Part shown: positions 9,843-19,474 of the stretch, in pieces
Numbering within the stretch: position 1 is the stretch's first letter
Layout: each line of letters begins with the position of its first letter
Source: Alphaproteobacteria bacterium
GTDB taxonomy: Bacteria; Pseudomonadota; Alphaproteobacteria; MPNO01; UBA830
Length of the DNA: 64,000 bases
Assembly (NCBI GenBank): GCA_965243135.1
Contig: OZ251539.1
Span: 5,632,001 to 5,696,000, forward strand
Direction of reading: 5' to 3'
The notes under the pieces: generated by a model
The model's input: the letters and a program-made list of their open reading frames with translations, nothing else
Told to the model about the DNA's origin: nothing
Databases searched by the model: none
Made by a program: the position numbers and the translations under genes

Positions 9843-9984
9843 GGAGCGGGGCGCCGAGCGGCCAGCGGCCGGAAAAAAGCGCAGCGCGAATGGCTCTCTT
9901 GAATATTTCATAAATACCCTATAAGTTCGTCTTATAAATCGACTGTCGGTACGCGCGCCCGCGGACCGGGGAGGAGACGGAACG

Positions 9985-11012
9985 ATGAGCGACGACGCCA
10001 AGTACAAGTCCCTGTTCAGCCATCCCCGGGTGTGCCGCGACCTGCTGCGCTGCCTCGTTTCGGAAGAACTGGCCGACCGGCTCGACTTCGACACCCTGCA
10101 GGCGATGCCGACGGAGTTCGTGGACGCCCGGCTGGGGCAGCAGCGCAGCGACATGGTCTGGCGCGTGAACTTCCGCGAGGGGGACGGCGAACTCTACGTC
10201 GTCGTCCTGACGGAGTTCCAGTCGACGGTCGACCAGGACATGCCGCTGCGCATGGTCAAGTACACGTCGCAAATATACACGGAGCTGCGGAAGGAGAAGC
10301 GGTTGCCCGACGAGAAGCTGCCGCCGGTGGTGCCGGTGGTGGTCTACAGCGGAGAGGCGCGGTGGTCGGCGCCGCGGGAGGGAGATGGTCGGGCCGGTCG
10401 ACGAGGAGCTTGAGCCGTACCAACTGCAACGCTACTTTCTGCTTGACCTTCGCGGGCGTCGAGGATGCGATGCCGGACAACGTGCTGTACGCGCAGGCGC
10501 TGGTCGAGCAAGGCCGGTGGGAGGATCTGCGGCCGGCGCTGTCGGCGTTGCAGGAGGCGACCGACCCGGAGGTGGACGTGCAGCTTCGCGGCCTGTTTGC
10601 GGCGTTGGTGCGTCAGGCGGCGGAAGGCAGCGGGCAGGTGAGCGGCGAGACGCTGAAGAAGCTGAAGTCGTTCGAGGAGACAGGGGAGTTGGGAGAGATG
10701 GGATCGTTGTTGGCCAAACGGATGGATCAGGCTGTCGACGAAAGTCGGGCCGAAGGCAGGGAGCTGGGGCTGACCGAAGGCAGGGAGCTGGGGCTCTCCG
10801 AAGGCAGGGAGCAAGGGCTGGAACGACAGCGGGCGATCTTGTTGCGTCTGGCGGCGCGGAAGTTCGGTGCGGGCACGGCGACGCGCCTCGAGGCGCTGCT
10901 GGCCGCGATCGACGATCCCGACCGTCTCGCCGTGCTCGGCGATCACGTGATCGATAGCGACGACGGCGAGGAGTTGCTGTCGCGCGCGACGGGCGTCGCC
11001 AGGTTGCACTGA
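9985..11012 (+). pseudogene. Rpn/YhgA-like recombination-promoting nuclease (putative transposase_31), two frameshifts
   Basis: DAKYKSLFSHP, RSDMVWRV, EFQSTVD..MPLRM..Y, LPPVVPVVVYSG..RW. The frame changes near 10380 and 10452. Confidence 0.85.
10750..10821 (+). repeat. Three 24-bp tandem repeats (EGRELGL) in the Rpn C-terminus
   Basis: ccgaaggcagggagctggggct repeated with a period of 24. Confidence 0.9.
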
Positions 11013-11531
11013 GCCGCGCCTGCCCCCCGGAGCTTGCGGCGCGGTCGCGCTCGGCGGCGGAGCGAGGCCGCGCTACGCCGGGTTTTGCCGGTTCCGTCGA
11101 GCGGCTGGATGCGAGAATCGAACGTCGTTCCGGTCAAAGGCCGCGCGGTCCGAGACTGCCCACCCATTTCCTGCCAAGTGCCTCAAGTGAAGCGTACGTC
11201 TCGGGTGGATGTTTCTTTCCTGTACGACATGCCGCTTGGTCTCCGACCGCCGCTTTGAACAGGAAGGAGGGCCGCGACGTTTCCGTTGAGGGCTGCCGCC
11301 CGAAAACCGAAGCGTAGGCCTTTTCAAACGAGCGGACATGATTCTTCGTGCGGTTTCGGCATGCAGGTTGGCGAAGCGCGCTCCGGAAGCGCCTGGGACG
11401 CGGCCTGCGTCTAACGGCAGATCGTTCCTTTCGCCCGACCCCTTCGCCCTCGCGCAGCCCTTCCCAAACAGTGGCGTAGATAGGAAGCTGCGCGTCTGAC
11501 GGCGTTTTGCAGTTCAAGCTTGACGGGGCCG

Positions 11532-12392
11532 TCAGATTCTTTCGTCGACCACTTCGTTGCGCAGCACGCCGATGCCCGAGGCTTCCACCTCCACCACGTC
11601 GCCTGGCCTGAGCCAGATCGGCGGATCGAACCTCGCGCCCGCCCCTGTCGGGGTTCCGGTCGAGATGATGTCGCCGCGCTTCAGCGCCATGAAGGTCGAG
11701 ACGTAGGCGATCAGGCGGGAGAAATCGAACATCAGGCGCGCCGTGTTGTCGTCCTGGCGGACCTCGCCGTTGACGCGGGTGCGGATCCGCAGGTCGCCGA
11801 AGCCGTCGAACTCGTCCGCTGTCGCCATCCACGGGCCGATCGCGCCGGTGCGGTCGAAGTTCTTTCCCTGGGTGACGTTGAACTTGGCGTGGCGGGTCCA
11901 GTCGCGGATCGTTCCTTCGTTCAGGCAGGTCAGGGCGCCGACGTGGCGCTCCGCCGCTTCGCGCGGGATGCGGCGCCCGCCTTCGCCGATCACGATCGCG
12001 ATTTCGCCCTCGTAGTCGAATTTTTCGGATTCCGGCGGGCGAATGATCGGAGCGCCGTGGCCGACGAACGACTCGCGAGTCCGGAAGAACATGCTGGGAT
12101 TCGCCGCCGGCGCGGAGCCGTCCTTGTATTCCTCGTTGCGGTCCCGGTAGTTGACGCCGATGCAGAGGATCCTTTCCGGACGCGCCACCGGGATCAGCAG
12201 GGTCGCGGCGTCGAGCGGGAGATCGGCGTCCGCCGCCTCTACGATGCGTTCCGCCCGCGTCCGCGCGCCGGGCTCCAGCAGATCCTCGGACGCGGCGGCG
12301 CCTTCGATCTTCCCTGTCAGGTCGACGATGCCGCCGTCCTTGATCGCGCCGAACGACGCCTTTCCGTCCTTTTCGAATGAGACTATCTTCAT
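11532..12392 (-). CDS. Fumarylacetoacetate hydrolase family protein
   Basis: ILCIGVNY, FDYEGEIAIVIG, NEGTIRDW, GKNFD.TG..GPW, GDIISTGTP. Confidence 0.92.
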   Translation of the reverse strand: MKIVSFEKDGKASFGAIKDGGIVDLTGKIEGAAASEDLLEPGARTRAERIVEAADADLPLDAATLLIPVARPERILCIGVNYRDRNEEYKDGSAPAANPSMFFRTRESFVGHGAPIIRPPESEKFDYEGEIAIVIGEGGRRIPREAAERHVGALTCLNEGTIRDWTRHAKFNVTQGKNFDRTGAIGPWMATADEFDGFGDLRIRTRVNGEVRQDDNTARLMFDFSRLIAYVSTFMALKRGDIISTGTPTGAGARFDPPIWLRPGDVVEVEASGIGVLRNEVVDERI

Positions 12393-12464
12393 TTTCGCAG
12401 TTTCTCCGGGCAGCTTTCCGGCATCATAGGCCGGACCGGGGACGGGGAGAAGGGAGGGAGGAAA

Positions 12465-12863
12465 ATGCCGCATGTCTTCGTGGAGTATTCGGCGAACGTC
12501 GAAGAGGAGATGGACCTCGACCGCCTTTTCGAAAGGCTCGTGGACGTCGCCGTCGGTACCGGCGTGTTCGAACTCGAGGGAATCCGGGTTCGCGGGGTGA
12601 GGCGGGACCGCTACCGGATCGCGGACGGCCGCCCGGAGAACGGTTTCGTCCATGTCGTGCTGCGGGTCGGGCACGGACGAGCGGAGGAGACGCTGAAGGC
12701 GGCGGGAGACCGCATCTACGACGCGGTCTGCGGCCATGTCGAGAAGCTGTTCGAGCGCCGGCCGTTCAACGTTTCCATGGAGATCCAGGAGATCCATCCG
12801 AGGCTGACGTTCAAGAAGAACAACTTCGCCGAGCGCATGGCCGCCCGGCTGGCGGCGGAGTAG
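12465..12863 (+). CDS. 5-carboxymethyl-2-hydroxymuconate isomerase family protein (HpcD-like tautomerase)
   Basis: N-terminal catalytic Pro in MPHVFVEYSAN, plus GIRVR, FVHVVLRVG.GR and FKKNN. Confidence 0.88.
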   Translation: MPHVFVEYSANVEEEMDLDRLFERLVDVAVGTGVFELEGIRVRGVRRDRYRIADGRPENGFVHVVLRVGHGRAEETLKAAGDRIYDAVCGHVEKLFERRPFNVSMEIQEIHPRLTFKKNNFAERMAARLAAE

Positions 12864-12867
12864 GGCC

Positions 12868-15060
12868 ATGCTTTTCCACCATGCATCGAAGAACCGCCCG
12901 TTTCATCTCGGCACCTATCCGCTGGAGGTCCTGCCGCGCGACGACTCGCTGATTGCCGCGGAAGCGGCGCGGCCGCGCGCGAAACCGGCCGCCGCGCCCC
13001 GAACGGACGGCGCGCTCGCGGCCGCGACCGCCCGCTACCGCGACCTGTTCGCCGGCTTCATCGCCGGCGAGCCGGTCGAAAAACAGGCCCCCGTGCCCTC
13101 GGACCTCGATCGGCGCGCGGTCGACATCAAGGGCTGCGCGTACTTCATGGACGCGAGCCAGGTCGGGATTTGCCGGATTTCGGAGAACGCCTGGCTCGAG
13201 GGAAGCGATCCGGTCGACGGACACGACCACGCGGTCGTGCTGCTGATCGAGCATCCGCGGCTGCCGGACCGGGGCAATCTCGCCCGCGGCTGGACGGAGG
13301 GAGGGGTCGCCGCGGCCTGCGAGATGCGCGCGCTCGAAGTCGCCGCTTGCGTCGCCGGGCACATCCGCCAGATGGGTTTCGATGCCCGCATCCATATCGC
13401 GGGGGACGGGTCGCTCGACCGCGAGCGGCTCGCCGTTCTGGCCGGCCTTTGCGTCCGGGAAGGCGGCCTCGTCAACCCCTACGTGGAGAACGGATTCACG
13501 CTGGCCGCGCTTTCGACCGATTACGCCATGGCCTGCGACGCGCCGCTTGCGGCGTCCGCGGCGAAGGCGCGGGGGAGAGCCTACAGGAAGGGCATCAACG
13601 GGGCGGTCTCCGGACGGGAGCGCGCGCGCCGCGCGAGGCGCAGATCCCACGACAGCCGCTATCCCATGGAGCAGGTCAGGCGGGTGGACCGGCCGACCAC
13701 GCTGATCATCGACGACGAGGTGCCGCGCGTGCCGAAGAGGGCCGCGTTCTTCGAACGCGCGCTGCAAGGCGATCTCGGCGAGAAGTCGCAGCGCGAGCGG
13801 CGGCGCTTCGCCTTCAAGCATCCGCTGTCCATGAGCCAACTGAAAGTCATCCGCAGCATGGTGCCCCACCAGGACGGCGAAGTCGCACGCGACGCCGACG
13901 GGAGCGCCTACGCCGATCCGGCCGCCAACGCGAAAGCGGTCAAGGCTCTTTCCTATTTTCTCGGCTCCGACTTGACGGGCATCTGCGAAATTCCCCGCTA
14001 CGCATGGAATTCGCACAAGGAGGACGGCACGCCCATCGAGATGTATCACCGCTACGCCGTGGTCATGCTCATCGACCAGGGCTACGACACGATGGAAGGC
14101 GCGAGCGGCGACGACTGGATTTCCGGCGCCCAGTCGATGCGGGGCTATCTGCGCGGCGCGGAGATAGCGGGCGTCATGGGCGAGGTCCTGCGGAGCCTCG
14201 GCTTTCCGGCACGGTCCCAGACCAATGCGGACAGCGACGTCCTCCACATCCCGCTGGTGCTTTGGGCCGGGCTGGGCGAGCTCAGCCGGATCGGGGAACT
14301 GGTGCTCAACCCGTTCGTGGGACCGCGCTTCAAGTCGGTGGTTCTGACGACCGACATGCCGCTCGAGGTCGACAAGCCGATCGATTTCGGCCTTCAGTAC
14401 TTTTGCGACCATTGCCATAAATGCGACCGCGAATGCCCGTGCGACGCGATACCGCACGGCGACAAGGTGATGTTCAACGGCTACGAGATGTGGAAGCCGG
14501 ACGTCGAGCGCTGCACCCGCTACCGGCTCACCAACTCGAAAGGCGCCGCGTGCGGCCGGTGCATGAAGACGTGCCCGTTGAACAAGGTGGTGGACATGGA
14601 CGGCGGGCTGTTGCCGCGCATGGCGAGCTGGCTCGGCGTCAACGCCATGTTCCTGAAGCCGATGCTCGTCCCCGTCGCGACGTGGCTCGACGACAAGCTG
14701 GGCAACGGCATGCGCAATCCGGTCAAGAAATGGTGGTTCGACCACGAGGTCGTCGACGGCGCGACCGTCGAGGCGCGCGGGACGAACCGGCGCGACATCG
14801 ATCCCGGCAAGAAGGTGGACAAGGAAGGCCAGAAGATCGCCTACTACCATGCGAGCATGATGCCGCCGCCTGATCAGCCCGAACCGATGGTCGTCGACCG
14901 CAAGGCCGCGCTGGCGGCGCGCGACGTCCTGGAGACGCCCGCGGAGGCGCAAGCGCGCGTCGCGCGCGGCGGCCCGATGCCGGACCACTACGCGCCGACG
15001 CCGGCGGTCGGCGCGGACCGGATAGAAAATCGGACCGCCAACCCCTTCGAAGACCGATGA
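12868..15060 (+). CDS. Catabolic (non-respiratory) B12-dependent reductive dehalogenase, NpRdhA/BhbA type
   Basis: RPFHLG.YPLE N-terminus, duplicated cobalamin-binding-like segment, AGLGELSRIG...NPFVGPRFK..V.TTDMPL..DKPIDFG, and two Fe-S motifs FCDHCHKCDRECP and C...CGRCMKTCP. No TAT signal. Confidence 0.88.
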   Translation: MLFHHASKNRPFHLGTYPLEVLPRDDSLIAAEAARPRAKPAAAPRTDGALAAATARYRDLFAGFIAGEPVEKQAPVPSDLDRRAVDIKGCAYFMDASQVGICRISENAWLEGSDPVDGHDHAVVLLIEHPRLPDRGNLARGWTEGGVAAACEMRALEVAACVAGHIRQMGFDARIHIAGDGSLDRERLAVLAGLCVREGGLVNPYVENGFTLAALSTDYAMACDAPLAASAAKARGRAYRKGINGAVSGRERARRARRRSHDSRYPMEQVRRVDRPTTLIIDDEVPRVPKRAAFFERALQGDLGEKSQRERRRFAFKHPLSMSQLKVIRSMVPHQDGEVARDADGSAYADPAANAKAVKALSYFLGSDLTGICEIPRYAWNSHKEDGTPIEMYHRYAVVMLIDQGYDTMEGASGDDWISGAQSMRGYLRGAEIAGVMGEVLRSLGFPARSQTNADSDVLHIPLVLWAGLGELSRIGELVLNPFVGPRFKSVVLTTDMPLEVDKPIDFGLQYFCDHCHKCDRECPCDAIPHGDKVMFNGYEMWKPDVERCTRYRLTNSKGAACGRCMKTCPLNKVVDMDGGLLPRMASWLGVNAMFLKPMLVPVATWLDDKLGNGMRNPVKKWWFDHEVVDGATVEARGTNRRDIDPGKKVDKEGQKIAYYHASMMPPPDQPEPMVVDRKAALAARDVLETPAEAQARVARGGPMPDHYAPTPAVGADRIENRTANPFEDR

Positions 15061-16031
15061 GAATCTGCGTCTACGGCGCGGGATCGGTCGGCGGCCTGAT
15101 CGGCGGCGCACTCGCGCGCGAGGGGCACGACGTCGCCCTGATCGCGCGCGGCGCGCATCTCGAGGCGCTGAAGGCGGCCGGCTGCACAGTGGAGACCGGC
15201 GGCGAACGGTTCACCGTTCACCCCCTGTGCACCGACGACCCTGGCGAGGCGGGCGTCCAGGATTACGTCGTCATCGCCGTCAAGGAACCGGCCCTGGGCG
15301 GCGCCGCGGAGCGCATCGCGCCCTTGCTCGATGCCGATACGGTCGTCGCGACGGCGATGAACGGCCTTCCGTGGTGGTTCTTCGACGGGTTTCCCGAAGG
15401 CGGTCCGGAGATTGCGCTGTCCGGGCTGGACCCCGACGGAACGATCTCTTCGGCCATCCCGATCGATCGGCTGATCGCCTGCGTCGTGCACGTGGGCGCG
15501 GACGTGCCCGAGCCCGGCGTCATCCGGCATTTGGCCGACAGAAGGCTGATCTTCGGCGCGGCGGGCGGCGTTCCCGCCGGCCGGGTCGCGAAGCTGGCCG
15601 ACGCCTTCCTGCCCACGCCGATAGACGCGACCGTCACGCCGCGCGCCAGGCAGGAAATCTGGCTCAAGCTGCTGGGAAACTTCAACTTCGCGCCGATTTC
15701 GGCGCTGACCGGCGCGACCACCCGCGCCATTGGAACCGACCCGGCGCTGCGGCGGCTCTGCGTCGACATGTTCGAGGAGGCGGCGGCGGCCGGGCGCGCG
15801 GTCGGACTGGAATCGGGGATGACGGCCGAGGAACGCACGGACCTCGGCGTGTCGCTCGGCGAATTCAGGACCTCGATGCTCCAGGACTTCGAGAAGCGCC
15901 GTCCGCCGGAAATCAAGTCCATCGTCGCGTCGGTCGTGGAATTCGGGCGCGCGGTCGGCGCGCCGATGCCGGTGTCCGAGGCGGTCCTCGCGCTGGTTTC
16001 GCGGAAGGCGAAGGAGATGGGGATCGGCTGA
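15057..16031 (+). CDS. Ketopantoate reductase (ApbA/PanE) family protein
   Basis: YGAGSVGG, IARGAHL, MNGLPWW, IWLKLLGN, TSMLQD. ATGA overlap with the dehalogenase. Confidence 0.88.
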   Translation: MRICVYGAGSVGGLIGGALAREGHDVALIARGAHLEALKAAGCTVETGGERFTVHPLCTDDPGEAGVQDYVVIAVKEPALGGAAERIAPLLDADTVVATAMNGLPWWFFDGFPEGGPEIALSGLDPDGTISSAIPIDRLIACVVHVGADVPEPGVIRHLADRRLIFGAAGGVPAGRVAKLADAFLPTPIDATVTPRARQEIWLKLLGNFNFAPISALTGATTRAIGTDPALRRLCVDMFEEAAAAGRAVGLESGMTAEERTDLGVSLGEFRTSMLQDFEKRRPPEIKSIVASVVEFGRAVGAPMPVSEAVLALVSRKAKEMGIG

Positions 16032-16040
16032 GCCGGCCGG

Positions 16041-17081
16041 CTACGCGTCGAGCGTGCTTGCGGCGAAGACTTCCTCGAGTCCGAGCCTGCGCGGCGTCAA
16101 TCCCTGCTCGCGCGAATAGGCCGCGATGGTTTCCAGTTCCTTGCGGTTGGCGGCGACGCCGTGGCGAACGAGGGGCGCGGCGAGCGCCGCCTCGGCGTCC
16201 GGCGGCAGCAGGCCCGCGTCGAGGTGGTACCGGACGTGCTCCATGCGTTGCCGGTCCGCCAGCGCCGCCGCCTCCTCGAACGCCTTGAGGAGGTTCAGCG
16301 CGACCCAGGGATGCCGTTCCGCGATTTCGCGGCGGACGACCATGCCGTGATTGATGGGGTACAGGCCGGTTTTCCCGTAATAGCGCCTGCCTTCCGCGCA
16401 GGCGTCCGGGAACAGCGGCGCGAAGTCGGGATGGTTGTGGAGGTCGGCGACGCTCCGGTCGACGGCGGTGCCGCCGGGGATGTAGAGCAGCGTCGCGTCG
16501 AGTTCCGCCGACAGCAGCATCTCGCCGATGTTGCTCTCGGGCGGGATGCGGTGGACGGTCACCCCGGGCGGCGGCGCGAATCCGGTCGATCCGCCGTGGC
16601 TGAGATCGGGCGTGCGCTCCATCCAGAACTCCATGTCCTGCGGCGCGACGCCGAACTCGTGCTGCAGGACGCCTCGCGACCACAGCGCGGCCGTCTGCTG
16701 GTATTCGGGCACGCCGACCCGCTTCCCCTTGAGATCTTCCGGTTTTTCGATCCCCGACGCCCTGCGGACCAGGATCCAGGTCTGGAAGAAGTAGCGGGTG
16801 GTGAAGACGGGCAGGCCGACGAAGCGGTCGTCGCCGCGGGCGACGGCCATCAACAGCGACGAGACGGACATTTCCGAAACGTCGAACTCGGAGAATTTGA
16901 GCTGCCGCCAGAAGAGTTCGGAAGGGTGCAGTTCCAGGGGAGTCATGTCGATTCCGTCGGCGGCGATCAATCCGTCGAGGACCGGCCGCGTCCTCAGGTT
17001 CGGCGTCAGCCCGACGCTGAGCTGCAATCCGCCGGTCGATCTGGGCCGCGGCGCCTCCGGCCCGAACTGCGGCATCTTCAT
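16041..17081 (-). CDS. 4,5-dihydroxyphthalate decarboxylase-like / periplasmic-binding-fold protein
   Basis: ELFWRQL...EFDVSEMS.SS, LKGKRVGVPEYQQTAALW.RG, Y..TGLYPINH. Confidence 0.75.
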   Translation of the reverse strand: MKMPQFGPEAPRPRSTGGLQLSVGLTPNLRTRPVLDGLIAADGIDMTPLELHPSELFWRQLKFSEFDVSEMSVSSLLMAVARGDDRFVGLPVFTTRYFFQTWILVRRASGIEKPEDLKGKRVGVPEYQQTAALWSRGVLQHEFGVAPQDMEFWMERTPDLSHGGSTGFAPPPGVTVHRIPPESNIGEMLLSAELDATLLYIPGGTAVDRSVADLHNHPDFAPLFPDACAEGRRYYGKTGLYPINHGMVVRREIAERHPWVALNLLKAFEEAAALADRQRMEHVRYHLDAGLLPPDAEAALAAPLVRHGVAANRKELETIAAYSREQGLTPRRLGLEEVFAASTLDA

Positions 17082-17275
17082 CTCGTCTTCTCCTGAGTCT
17101 TGGCGTCGGCGGGAGCTCCGCCCGCTGGAGAGCCGCGCCGCAGGTCCAGCATACAGGCATGGCGGACCCGATGTCAGCATCGCGCGAAGGATTGGTGTCC
17201 CGGAGCGCGCACTTTCTTCGTCGAAAGAAGAATGTGCCGCCGATATTGTCCTTGCAGGAAGGATAATTCAAACGA

Positions 17276-17302
17276 AATTTCTCCTTTTCATAAGGAGAAA
17301 TT
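17276..17302. promoter_or_regulatory. 11-bp perfect inverted repeat upstream of the AAA_14 gene
   Basis: aatttctcctt-ttcat-aaggagaaatt, in an AT-rich stretch. Confidence 0.5.
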
Positions 17303-17337
17303 CGATAAAATTCCCGTTTTCGCAGGGATGATTTCAA

Positions 17338-18690
17338 ATGGAGATGTCTCCTCCTTTTCTGCGGCGCGTTTTCGCCGAACAACTCGCCGAATCCGTGCAG
17401 GCGCCGTTGCCGACCTATACCGCTCGCCGCGTTTTCGGCCCAGCGGAATTTCCCGGCAAGGCGACGACGGTCGTCGGCGCGCGGCGAGCCGGAAAGACCA
17501 CCTTCCTGCATCAGCTGCGGGACGAGCGGATCAGGCGAGGCGTTTCCAGGGATCTGCTGCCTTTCGTTTCCTTCGAGGACGAGCGCCTCGCCGGTCTGGA
17601 GGCCGTTCACCTCGAATTGCTTGTCAACGAATACCAGCGCAGGTTCCCCGTCGCCCGGACCGTCGCCTGGTTTTTCGACGAGATCCGGGTCGTTCCTGGG
17701 TGGGAACGGTTCGTCAGACGGCTTCTCGATTCCGAACGAACCGAAGTGTTCGTCGCCGGATCGTCGGCCGCGTCGTTGTCCGGCGAAATCGCCACCGCGC
17801 TTCGTGGCCGAGCCTGGCGGATATTGATGCATCCGTTCAGTTTCGAGGAAGCTCTCCGTTTCCGGTCCGCGGAGCCCGCGACCGCCGGCTTTCTCGCCGG
17901 CTCCGAGTCCGCCCGGATGGAGCGCGCGTTGCTCGACTGGCTGGAAGCCGGAGGCTTCCCCGAAGCGCAAGATCTCGCCGCGGCGGCCAGGCGCCAACTC
18001 CTGCGCGGCTATGTCGATGCCGCGATGCTGCGCGACGTGATGGAGCGATACGGCGTTCGCAACATAGTCGGACTGCGTTGGCTGGTCCGGCATTTGCTAG
18101 GAAACGCAGGCGCCCCGTTCAGCGTCGAGAAGTTCCTCGCCGCGATAAGGTCGCAGGGGCTTGCGGTCGCGAAGGACACGCTTCATCGACTCCTTTCCCA
18201 TCTCGAAGATTGTTTCCTCGTGCGTATCGTGTGGATGGAGGCGAGTTCGGAGCGTCAGCGCATGGTCAATCCGCGCAAGGCGTACCCCGTGGATCCGGGG
18301 CTGATTCCGGTATTCGATCGCAGCGGACGAGCGACCGCCGGACATGCGCTGGAAACGGCTGTTCTTGTCGAACTGGAACGCCGCGGATTCGACGTTACGT
18401 ATCTGCGGACCGCGGAAGGCTACGAGGTCGATTTTCTCGCCCGCGGCCCGGACGGCGGCATGGAACTCCTGCAAGTGTGCGCGGACCTCTCGGATCCGGC
18501 GACCGCCGCTCGCGAATACCGGGCGCTCGCGGCCGGAGGCGAGATGTTTCCGGACGCGCGCAGGCTGTTGCTGACTCTCTTGCGGGACGGTCTGCCTGCC
18601 GAGGTTCCCGCGGGCATGGAGGTGCGAACGGCCTGCGAGTGGTTTTTGGAAACGGCGGGCGGGGAAGTCTCGGGCGCGCGGGCTTTCTGA
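17338..18690 (+). CDS. AAA_14 ATPase with DUF4143 / nuclease-like C-terminus
   Basis: GARRAGKT, SFEDERL, FFDEI, GSSA, GGFPE, NPRK.Y.VD.GL, EVDF...LLQV. Confidence 0.88.
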   Translation: MEMSPPFLRRVFAEQLAESVQAPLPTYTARRVFGPAEFPGKATTVVGARRAGKTTFLHQLRDERIRRGVSRDLLPFVSFEDERLAGLEAVHLELLVNEYQRRFPVARTVAWFFDEIRVVPGWERFVRRLLDSERTEVFVAGSSAASLSGEIATALRGRAWRILMHPFSFEEALRFRSAEPATAGFLAGSESARMERALLDWLEAGGFPEAQDLAAAARRQLLRGYVDAAMLRDVMERYGVRNIVGLRWLVRHLLGNAGAPFSVEKFLAAIRSQGLAVAKDTLHRLLSHLEDCFLVRIVWMEASSERQRMVNPRKAYPVDPGLIPVFDRSGRATAGHALETAVLVELERRGFDVTYLRTAEGYEVDFLARGPDGGMELLQVCADLSDPATAAREYRALAAGGEMFPDARRLLLTLLRDGLPAEVPAGMEVRTACEWFLETAGGEVSGARAF

Positions 18691-18885
18691 CCGGCGACGC
18701 CGCAGGCGGCTTGTCCCCGCGAGACGAAACCTGCGGAGTCGGTTTCGCCGGCGCGGAATCGCCCGGCGGGCGGTTCAGGCCGACCGACTTCGCGCCGACG
18801 AAGCGCCGTGGGCTCGGCTTCCGGAGCCAACGGCCGGCGCCATGCGGCGGAAGCGGGTGCCGCTTCCGCCGCATGGCGCGCGCGG

Positions 18886-19353
18886 TCAGCGCGACTCGTA
18901 GAAGTTGATCAGCTTGACCACGTCCTCGGCGTCGATCCGGCCCAGGGGACCGTCCGCATAGCTGGAAACCACGACCTTGTTGTCGGCGCCCAGAACGAAT
19001 TCGGACGGCTGAATGATCTGACGGCGGTCTTCCCACCACGAGCCGAGCGCATCCGCGACGTCGCGAGTGACGCCGTAGCCCACGGGAAAGTTCAACCCGT
19101 CCGCTATTTCCTTCGCCTTGTCGATGGGGTCGACGCTCGCGGCCACGATCGAGGCGCCGATTCCGGCAAGGGCTTCCTTGTGTTTCGCGAAGCCGGCCAA
19201 CTGCCGGCGGCAGTAAGGTCACCAATGGCCCCTGTAGAACAGGACAATCTTGTATTTGCTGTCGAGACCGTCCGGAAGATCGAGCGTTCCCCCGGCGACG
19301 AGATTGAGGGTTACGCCCGGAAAGGCGGCCCCGATGCCCAGCTTGTCGGACAT
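18886..19353 (-). CDS. Peroxiredoxin-like (AhpC/TSA, thioredoxin-fold) selenoprotein; Sec UGA at 19219-19221
   Basis: One continuous frame: MSDKLGIG...VLFYRGHW-UGA-PYCRRQL...ASVD...GRIDAEDVVKLINFYESR*. The UGA occupies the first Cys of the CxxC motif, and a SECIS-like hairpin follows. Confidence 0.9.
19192..19208 (-). promoter_or_regulatory. Putative bacterial SECIS hairpin
   Basis: GCCGGC-AGUUG-GCCGGC. The loop begins 16 nt after the UGA and has G in its second position. Confidence 0.7.
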
Positions 19354-19474
19354 GCTTGCTCCCTTGCGAAACTTGCCGTTACGGAGAATATATAGCGTCT
19401 CGGCGGCGAAATCGCAAACCGTTGACTCGCGGTTTCGTCGGGGTCGGGAACGATCGCAGACAGGAGGGAACGCG

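Noticed and set aside
10750-10821. Short direct repeats as a CRISPR array
   Set aside because: Contiguous in-frame 24-nt coding repeats with no spacers and no cas genes.
11030-11530. Intergenic stretch as an ncRNA or small gene
   Set aside because: No recognisable RNA motif, RBS-backed ORF or family signature. Probably decayed DNA.
19219-19221. Nonsense mutation making the peroxiredoxin a pseudogene
   Set aside because: The stop is UGA precisely at the redox Cys, both halves are otherwise intact, and a SECIS-like hairpin follows. Selenocysteine is the better explanation.
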